DNA of 52,675 bases from Desulfobacteraceae bacterium (GTDB lineage: Bacteria; Desulfobacterota; Desulfobacteria; Desulfobacterales; JACKCP01). Shown here in pieces: positions 46,374-52,675 of the stretch. The first letter of the stretch is position 1. Every line of letters begins with the position of its first letter. A program made the translations under genes and the position numbers. The DNA is taken from contig JBFWJK010000002.1 in the NCBI GenBank assembly GCA_050253255.1, forward strand, positions 1 to 52,675, in the 5' to 3' direction. The notes below the pieces were generated by a model, which saw nothing but the letters and a program-made list of their open reading frames with translations, searched no databases and was not told the DNA's origin.

Positions 46374-46910
46374 TCAGTTTGAAAAACCGGCTTCAACCAC
46401 AACGTTGCCTCCGTTTTTTGCAGAACGCGCTATAACTACAAATTCATTATCTGAGCTGTTCAGATTTCTGTAAACAACATATTGAGCATCTGGATCGGCA
46501 GAAAGATTGCGGGGATTTATAACCGCCTTTCCCGCACTCCAGTCGTTTACAATCTTATCAACTTTTATTGCATTCAAAACAGGAGTGTTTGAAGTATCGT
46601 AGCTGGCTCCGTCTTTCATATACGCGTCATCTTCATTATAAAGATCCAGAATATCATTCACCCATGAAGCTGAATTATCTGCAATCCCGTTCAGAACAAG
46701 ACTTTTTGCCTGATTTACCGCCGCATCCGCAAGAATCAGATTTTCTTTATAGACTTTATAATTTCTGCTGATCTGCAGATCAGTTGAAGAAGTTGACATG
46801 GATCCTATTCCGATAACAGTGAGAAGCAGCATTATAAGAAGAGTTGTAAGAAGAACAGAGCCTTTTTCATTGTCAGAGGATAAAAAAAACGGATATAAAA
46901 TTTTATTCAT
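46374..46910 (-). CDS. pilX: PilX-like (GspK-type) minor pilin
   Basis: PilX N-terminal domain pattern KGSVLLTTLLIMLLLTVIGIGSMSTSSTDLQISRN...AVNQAKS. No Glu at position +5. Confidence 0.7.
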   Translation of the reverse strand: MNKILYPFFLSSDNEKGSVLLTTLLIMLLLTVIGIGSMSTSSTDLQISRNYKVYKENLILADAAVNQAKSLVLNGIADNSASWVNDILDLYNEDDAYMKDGASYDTSNTPVLNAIKVDKIVNDWSAGKAVINPRNLSADPDAQYVVYRNLNSSDNEFVVIARSAKNGGNVVVEAGFSN

Positions 46911-46932
46911 AAAACACTCTCATAATTTTTTG

Positions 46933-47310
46933 TTACAGGCCTTTCACCCACGGAAAACTCAGGGAATGATTTCTTCCTCCCTCTGCCCACAACACAGTAA
47001 CAGTTATGTCAAGAGTAAGGTTCCCGTTATCTACAACATTCCATTGAACATTATATGTTTTATTGCCGGCATTTTTTGTTTCATTGTGACCGCCGGTATT
47101 AAAGGCAGGATCAAGAGGGCTTGTAATATCCGATAATTCCTCTATTTTACCCATGGCAATATCGGTTGCATGAACTATGCTTCTCGAATCTGCAAGACCC
47201 TTTGCAAAATACGCCTGCATCATGCTCAGTGCAAAAAGCCCCACTGAGAACAATGCAAGAGCAAAAAGCACTTCGATCAATGTAAAACCTGATTCTTTAT
47301 TTTTTAACAT
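46933..47310 (-). CDS. pilV: PilV-like minor pilin
   Basis: Prepilin motif G|FTLIEVLFALALFSVGLFALSMMQ, which is the PilV-type LxxGLxAL..Q pattern. 125 aa. Confidence 0.8.
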   Translation of the reverse strand: MLKNKESGFTLIEVLFALALFSVGLFALSMMQAYFAKGLADSRSIVHATDIAMGKIEELSDITSPLDPAFNTGGHNETKNAGNKTYNVQWNVVDNGNLTLDITVTVLWAEGGRNHSLSFPWVKGL

Positions 47311-47335
47311 TTGGAAGCTTCTCCACTCTGTTTAT

Positions 47336-47974
47336 TTACATATTTCTCAGTTTTATTTCATTTTCAAAACAATATGTATTGTCAAACTCATCCTTGAATG
47401 CACCTGTTATTTTTCCGCAGATTCTGATTCTTACCATACTTATGTCTCCCAGATTGCCATTCCCTGTCGGATCATTATCCACTGTACCGTCATCAAGTAT
47501 ATAGGTAAAAACAGCCGAATCTATTGTTCCGTTTTCGGTCAGAGGTGAAAATGGCTGCCCTGCACCGTTTCTGAACATTATTGTATCGGCTGCACTGTCA
47601 TACCAGTATGAAAGATCAAACTCGCAGCCGCCGTCTCCGTCATGGTCGTATTTTATTGAAATCGAATTTTGATCTGTATCATTTTTATCAATTTCTGCAC
47701 CGGAATATGAAGCTCCGTCATAAAAACCGGCACAGGCTGCTGTCTGTGAAGGATCAAGACCTGCCATCATGACATTACCAGACATCATTTCCATTACCGC
47801 TCTGATGTCCTGCTGAACCCCTGCAACCTTTTCCTGGACTGTATTTACTCTATTTGTCGAAATAAAAAAACTTGTCAGAGCAAGAAGAAAAAAGCCTGAA
47901 ACTGCAAGAGCAATTAATATTTCTATAAGAGTAAAACCTGCATTTCTGCAGAATTTATTATCTGTTCCAGTCAT
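47336..47974 (-). CDS. pilW: PilW-like minor pilin
   Basis: G|FTLIEILIALAVSGFFLLALTSFFIS...VQQDIRAVMEMMSGNVMMAG matches the PilW N-terminal pattern. Confidence 0.75.
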   Translation of the reverse strand: MTGTDNKFCRNAGFTLIEILIALAVSGFFLLALTSFFISTNRVNTVQEKVAGVQQDIRAVMEMMSGNVMMAGLDPSQTAACAGFYDGASYSGAEIDKNDTDQNSISIKYDHDGDGGCEFDLSYWYDSAADTIMFRNGAGQPFSPLTENGTIDSAVFTYILDDGTVDNDPTGNGNLGDISMVRIRICGKITGAFKDEFDNTYCFENEIKLRNM

Positions 47975-47988
47975 ATTTTATCTGCCTT

Positions 47989-48519
47989 TTAATTGATTTT
48001 AACTCTGCCGCCCGGCATCACTTCCAAAAAAATTTCATATCCGGAATCGTTGGAAAATTTTACCTTTGAAGATGCTCCCACATCAGGCAGACCTCTTGAG
48101 TTGAAAGAAAAAAATGAGCTACCAAAATTATCGTTAATCAACTTAACGCCAGATGTCCCGTCCAGACTGAACGAAAATATCATTTCATCATCTGCAGGTT
48201 TGCATGAATTGTCGGAATTGGTATCAAAACAGCCGAAGGCACTTCCGCTGCTTCCTCCGCCTGTGTAGGTAAATTCCACCAAAGATTCTCTGTTGTTTTT
48301 CACAGCTTCCATCTTTGCTTTCTGAATATTTACTCTCAGCTCTCTTGCTGCGGATTTAGCCTTGTAATCAGGTATAAGTCCGCTAAGCCCGTTCATTGCA
48401 AGAGAAGCAACTATTCCGGCAATCGCAACTGCTATCATAAGTTCGATAAAGGTGAATCCGTTTTTTTTGTTTGATAAGATACAGGGAGGAAACTTTGGAA
48501 AAAACTTTTTTTCAGACAT
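47989..48519 (-). CDS. FimT/FimU (GspH-domain) minor pilin
   Basis: G|FTFIELMIAVAIAGIVASLA...KSAARELRVNIQKAKMEAV. I prefer the start at 48519 (MSEKK), which follows an AGAGG Shine-Dalgarno sequence. The track start is 48564. Confidence 0.75.
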   Translation of the reverse strand: MSEKKFFPKFPPCILSNKKNGFTFIELMIAVAIAGIVASLAMNGLSGLIPDYKAKSAARELRVNIQKAKMEAVKNNRESLVEFTYTGGGSSGSAFGCFDTNSDNSCKPADDEMIFSFSLDGTSGVKLINDNFGSSFFSFNSRGLPDVGASSKVKFSNDSGYEIFLEVMPGGRVKIN

Positions 48520-48610
48520 TAAAACCTCTGTTACTTTAAAAATCAAAATGGCTTTATCTTTCAATAATTTTAAAAAAGATTTTTTCTACTAATTACTACT
48601 TAAGTTTAAG

Positions 48611-48639
48611 CTAATAGCTAAAATAATGTCTATTGTCAA
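48611..48639 (-). promoter_or_regulatory. Candidate sigma70 promoter for the minus-strand pilin operon
   Basis: On the minus strand: TTGACA (48639-48634), a 17-nt spacer, then TATTAG (48616-48611). The -10 element is weak. Confidence 0.3.
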
Positions 48640-48751
48640 TACTTTACAGGAAAAAATTTATTTACTTTCAAATAGTTACATGCAGCCTTGAATTCCAGCC
48701 CAAATTAACCGATTAATAATTTTTTTAAATAAACACTGTAAATTAAATAAA

Positions 48752-48780
48752 TTGCAAATTAATTTCATTGTTTGTATAAT
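48752..48780 (+). promoter_or_regulatory. Candidate sigma70 promoter for the plus-strand pilin operon
   Basis: TTGCAA (48752-48757), a 17-nt spacer, then a perfect TATAAT (48775-48780). It lies about 26-35 nt upstream of the first possible start codons. Confidence 0.45.
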
Positions 48781-48805
48781 AACTTCAATTTTAATAACAT
48801 AAACA

Positions 48806-49387
48806 GTGTGCAATATGCCTAACCCCTCCAGCTTAAAGAACAGATCAGGATTCACTATAATTGAACTTATCATTACTTTAATGGTAATGGGAATTCTTGC
48901 GGGGATTTCATACCCCATAATAACTTCATGGCTTCCAAGAGAAAAACTTAAATCTGCCGCAAGGGATCTTGTCTCGGATGTCCAGACTGCAAAAAGTCTT
49001 GCCGTTGAAAAAAACACAACATACACCCTTTTATTCGACGACTCTTCCACACCAGGTAAATATTTCTGTTTTCATGACGCCAACTCAAATTCAGCTTTTG
49101 ATTCAGCCACAGAAACCAAAATATTTGAAACTGATTTCAACTCGGATGAAAATAAAAAATACAATATCGACTTTGGAACAGGCAATGCGGTAAACGACTG
49201 GAACGGAAACGCTATAGCTTCAAGTATTGTACTCACAGACAAAGTGATTGTGTTCGATGAAAAAGGGCTTGCAGACAGATCAGGATCAGTTTTTCTCAAA
49301 AATAAAAACAATGACATATGCTACAGCGTAAGCATAACTGGTGTTGGCTCATTAAAAATCAGGGAGTTTAACGGATCATCATGGTAA
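48806..49387 (+). CDS. FimT/FimU (GspH-domain) minor pilin, second copy
   Basis: G|FTIIELIITLMVMGILAGIS...KSAARDLVSDVQTAKSLAV. GTG at 48806 or ATG at 48815 could be the start. Confidence 0.75.
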   Translation: MCNMPNPSSLKNRSGFTIIELIITLMVMGILAGISYPIITSWLPREKLKSAARDLVSDVQTAKSLAVEKNTTYTLLFDDSSTPGKYFCFHDANSNSAFDSATETKIFETDFNSDENKKYNIDFGTGNAVNDWNGNAIASSIVLTDKVIVFDEKGLADRSGSVFLKNKNNDICYSVSITGVGSLKIREFNGSSW

Positions 49388-50094
49388 ATAACTTTATCTG
49401 TAAAAGTCAGAAAGGATTCACACTGGTTGAAATAATGGTTGCCATGGCAATTTCCTTCATAATTCTTGCCGGTGTTTACGTAAGTCTTAACTCACAGCAT
49501 AAAAGTTATGTTGTGCAGGATGACATTGTCGAAATGCAGCAGAATATAAGAGGTGCAATACTGACAATGACAAATGACATTCGTGAGACAGGATGCGATC
49601 CCCTTGAAAAATCTGTAGCAGGTCCGGAAACTGCTCTCCCGGGAATTTTTTCATTTACAAGAGACATAAACGATGCCGCCAACTCATTTGAACCTGACGG
49701 TGATGTCAATGACAACGAAGAATATATCACATACGGGCTTTTACCTGCTGAAGACACAGACTCAGACGGAATACCCGACTCAGGAGGTGTTTCTTCCCTT
49801 GGAAGAATAAGCGGTGCCGGCAGTTTTCAGACTCTTGTAGAAAACGTTGAATTTGTAGAATTTAATTACATACTCGATGACGGAACTTCCGCATCCTCAG
49901 TTCCAGTTCACAATCTCGGCCAGATCCGCTCAGTTCAGATCAGCCTCCTCCTTAGATCGTCAAAAACAGACCCTCAATATTCAGATACAAAATCATATAC
50001 AGCGGCCTCAGGCACTGTTTTCGGCCCATACAATGACAATTACAGAAGACGCCTTGGATCCACCTCAGTTTACTGCAACAATATGGGGTATTAA
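49381..50094 (+). CDS. pilW: PilW-like minor pilin, second copy
   Basis: G|FTLVEIMVAMAISFIILAGVYVSL...MQQNIRGAILTMTNDIRETG. Overlaps the preceding gene by 7 nt. Confidence 0.75.
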   Translation: MVNNFICKSQKGFTLVEIMVAMAISFIILAGVYVSLNSQHKSYVVQDDIVEMQQNIRGAILTMTNDIRETGCDPLEKSVAGPETALPGIFSFTRDINDAANSFEPDGDVNDNEEYITYGLLPAEDTDSDGIPDSGGVSSLGRISGAGSFQTLVENVEFVEFNYILDDGTSASSVPVHNLGQIRSVQISLLLRSSKTDPQYSDTKSYTAASGTVFGPYNDNYRRRLGSTSVYCNNMGY

Positions 50095-50097
50095 ATC

Positions 50098-50619
50098 ATG
50101 ATCTCGGTAAATAAAAACGGATTTACACTGATAGAAGTTCTAATGGCAATGGTTGTTTTAAGTATAGGCATCCTTGCAATTTCAATGATGCAGATCAAAG
50201 CGATCGAAGGCAATTCAGAGGCTTACTCAAGATCTGTTGCAAACAATGTAGGAACAACTGTCATCGAAGAGCTGAAAAGACTTCCTTTTGATGATTCAAA
50301 TTTATCTGCCGGATTCAATCTCGATGCAGGGAAAGCTTCAGCAGGAGGATCTCCCGATCCATCTGCCGCAGGGCATGAACTGAGTGCAGGACTGCTTCCC
50401 GCTTTGTCAAATGTTCTGACTGTTTCAGGCAATCAGGTAATTGATGACAACAACAAATCTTATACGGTTTTCTGGAATGTAATAAACAACAACATTTTTA
50501 CAGGGAGCGGTACTAAAACACCATATTGCACAATAAAGCTTTTTGTATACTGGGACACACCTCTTGGCACCAGTCACCTTGAGTTTACAGCTGTAAAAGA
50601 CAATAATTTTTTAAATTAA
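50098..50619 (+). CDS. pilV: PilV-like minor pilin, second copy
   Basis: G|FTLIEVLMAMVVLSIGILAISMMQ. Confidence 0.8.
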   Translation: MISVNKNGFTLIEVLMAMVVLSIGILAISMMQIKAIEGNSEAYSRSVANNVGTTVIEELKRLPFDDSNLSAGFNLDAGKASAGGSPDPSAAGHELSAGLLPALSNVLTVSGNQVIDDNNKSYTVFWNVINNNIFTGSGTKTPYCTIKLFVYWDTPLGTSHLEFTAVKDNNFLN

Positions 50620-50633
50620 AATCAGGAATAAAA

Positions 50634-51200
50634 ATGGATAAGTTTAATTACAGCAACCAAAAAGGATATGTTATAATCACTGCCCTTCTTGTACTGATAG
50701 TTGTAACTTTACTTGGTACATGGGCATTGAAGTCAAGTTTTTTTGAAATTAAAATTTCCGGGAATCAGCAGAGATGGAACAAAAATTTCAATATTTCAGA
50801 CGGCGGGGTAAAAAAAGAGGCTTCAAATCTGGGGTATGCTTCATCCAGTTATTACAGCTGGTACCAGATTTCCGACCCTGATAAATACAACAGCCTTCTT
50901 CTGCCGCCTGCGACCCAGACTGCCTTTGATCCAGGCAGTGACATGACCATTACATCCGACTACCACACAAAATTCAGCTCCAACCAGAAAGATCCTCTGT
51001 ACTGGCCTCACCAGAATCTTCTTGGAAGCACTTCCGACGACACCACAGACTATTCATACTATGTAAAATATCTTTATCCTGACAACCCCCCGAAAGGTTA
51101 TGATTCGTCCTCATTTTCAGGCTACAAATTCCAGATTATTTCAAACAGAAACATTACTGTAGAGGCAGGCGGAAACAAGGTCGGCGTAAAAAAGAATTAA
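50634..51200 (+). CDS. pilX: PilX-like (GspK-type) minor pilin, second copy
   Basis: KGYVIITALLVLIVVTLLGTWALKSSFFEIKISGN fits the PilX N-terminal domain. No Glu at position +5. Confidence 0.65.
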   Translation: MDKFNYSNQKGYVIITALLVLIVVTLLGTWALKSSFFEIKISGNQQRWNKNFNISDGGVKKEASNLGYASSSYYSWYQISDPDKYNSLLLPPATQTAFDPGSDMTITSDYHTKFSSNQKDPLYWPHQNLLGSTSDDTTDYSYYVKYLYPDNPPKGYDSSSFSGYKFQIISNRNITVEAGGNKVGVKKN

Positions 51201-51229
51201 CACTAAATTTAATGAAGGAGACAGGTATA

Positions 51230-52675
51230 ATGCGTTTTTTTAACTTTAAAAACAAAACCGGATATTGTTCTATAATTTCAATATTGATCTTCTTCAGCTT
51301 ATTCTCATATTCCCATGCAAAAGATACTGATATTTACGAGGTAAACATAAAGCAGAACGCATATATGCTTATGGACAACTCCGGTTCAATGGACTTTGGA
51401 GTTTATGAGCATACAATAGATTACGGAGAAATGTTTGACTACCTCTTTACAATGGTCGACGGCGGTACGGGTACCTACATCCATGATACAGTGAACAACA
51501 GTGATGTTTTTTATCAGTCTCACCAGCCCAAAAATAAAATCTTTCTCTGGCAGGGTAAAATAGGAGTTACAACCAAAGTGGTTGACGGAAAAACAATAGC
51601 TTTTACCGGAGATGCTTCCGATCCTGACTATTTATGGTATTCAAACACTCTTGTGGACACCCATACAGTCATCGACGAATCAGGCAATCTTGCCCACGAC
51701 GGATCAGCTTCTGCCCAGAGACTTACCACAGATGCAGACGGAAATATTCTGTTTGACGGGGTAAAACTTCCCCTGGGCCAGGATATAAAACTCCATGATT
51801 TCAGTTCTCTATATGACGGAACAATTGTTGACAACGGATTCGGCGGTCTTTTAAATGCTCCGGGATATTATTTCAGCGGATATGAGGGGGTTACAGCAGG
51901 AAGCCTAAACACTGCAGAAAACGGAGATTCAAACATTTTCTTCTTTGTGACAGGCAACTGGGTAAACATGCAGGCCATGTACAATCTTCACTATACAACT
52001 AACAACCCGAACCCCACTGGAGCCTCAACTGGTGATTCCGCCTGGAAGTTTGAGCTTTTCCCAATTTCAGAATCCGGATGGTCAATAATTGAATACAATC
52101 TGGATTACCCTGAAGGTGATGGAGTCAAGTACGAAAACAACCTCAAGGAGAAAGACACGGAGCGCACCATAACTCATCCGGGGGCAAAACAGATTCAGAT
52201 TCATTTTTCAGAGTTTGATGTTGAAGGAGATAAAAATGCGGCAACCTTCAAATACGATTATGTTGTTTTAAGGGACAGCGCAGGTGCTGCAGTCCAGTAT
52301 TATGACAATGACAACAAGCCAACATCTGGAGACGGCTGGTCTGTCACTGTTTATGACGACACAGTAAACATTGCACTAGCTACAGACTATTCTGTTCTCG
52401 GGACAGGATATGTAATCGATAAAATAAGAGTAACTTATCATCTCGATTCCTATTTAATGCAGAACAGACTGGATGTCGCAAAGGATGCAATGCTTTATGC
52501 CCTTGACACTTTCAAAGGAAAAATCAACTGGGGATTTGCAACATTCAAATACAGCGGAACATCAGGAGACGGAGCAACTCTGCACCACTCTCTCAATCCT
52601 TCTCTTTCAGATGATGCAAATTCGGCTTCAATCAAAACTCATGTTCAAAATCTTACTCCAATGTACGGAACGCCC
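51230..52675 (+). CDS. pilY1: PilY1-like VWA protein, 5' partial (runs off the window end; absent from the ORF track)
   Basis: ATG at 51230 follows an AAGGAG Shine-Dalgarno sequence. My translation gives 482 codons with no stop through to the window edge. It contains a signal peptide, the MIDAS motif YMLMDNSGSM, GNWVNMQAMYN, a CUB-like segment, and then a VWA helix (RLDVAKDAMLYAL ... LTPMYGTP). Confidence 0.75.
   Translation, partial: MRFFNFKNKTGYCSIISILIFFSLFSYSHAKDTDIYEVNIKQNAYMLMDNSGSMDFGVYEHTIDYGEMFDYLFTMVDGGTGTYIHDTVNNSDVFYQSHQPKNKIFLWQGKIGVTTKVVDGKTIAFTGDASDPDYLWYSNTLVDTHTVIDESGNLAHDGSASAQRLTTDADGNILFDGVKLPLGQDIKLHDFSSLYDGTIVDNGFGGLLNAPGYYFSGYEGVTAGSLNTAENGDSNIFFFVTGNWVNMQAMYNLHYTTNNPNPTGASTGDSAWKFELFPISESGWSIIEYNLDYPEGDGVKYENNLKEKDTERTITHPGAKQIQIHFSEFDVEGDKNAATFKYDYVVLRDSAGAAVQYYDNDNKPTSGDGWSVTVYDDTVNIALATDYSVLGTGYVIDKIRVTYHLDSYLMQNRLDVAKDAMLYALDTFKGKINWGFATFKYSGTSGDGATLHHSLNPSLSDDANSASIKTHVQNLTPMYGTP

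Overview
This is an AT-rich (by eye), densely coding chromosomal segment. Its gene content looks Desulfobacterota-like, which is an inference only. All family calls come from reading motifs in the supplied translations; no searches were run.

Left to right, the window contains:
- A DUF350-repeat membrane protein with two lipoproteins (32-2163).
- An mlaEFDCA lipid-asymmetry operon (2803-6315), bracketed by two copies of a MITE-like repeat.
- A long minus-strand array holding a complete MoxR-DUF58-VWA 'Bat' aerotolerance-type operon (8669-16270) plus three poorly characterised downstream genes.
- A translationally coupled TrpR-like/trpB pair.
- waaA.
- A YjfI-like/PspA/DUF4178/NUDIX envelope-stress module.
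- A gap-pgk-pyk-mgsA glycolytic cluster.
- DegV and a PaaI-type thioesterase.
- A zinc-ribbon-HDOD protein.
- An orphan radical-enzyme set: an extended activase plus HgdB/HgdA-like subunits.
- A rubrerythrin-like protein and a MATE exporter.
- An HDOD + GGDEF-EAL operon.
- A choice-of-anchor-L PEP-CTERM protein.

The most unusual part is at 41605-52675. Two paralogous minor-pilin + PilY1 tip modules are arranged head to head around one 286-bp control region. The minus-strand module carries its own DsbC-like isomerase. The plus-strand module ends in an open-ended PilY1-like ORF that is missing from the ORF track and has a CUB-like insertion inside its VWA domain.

I saw no rRNA, tRNA, CRISPR array, transposase or integrase.
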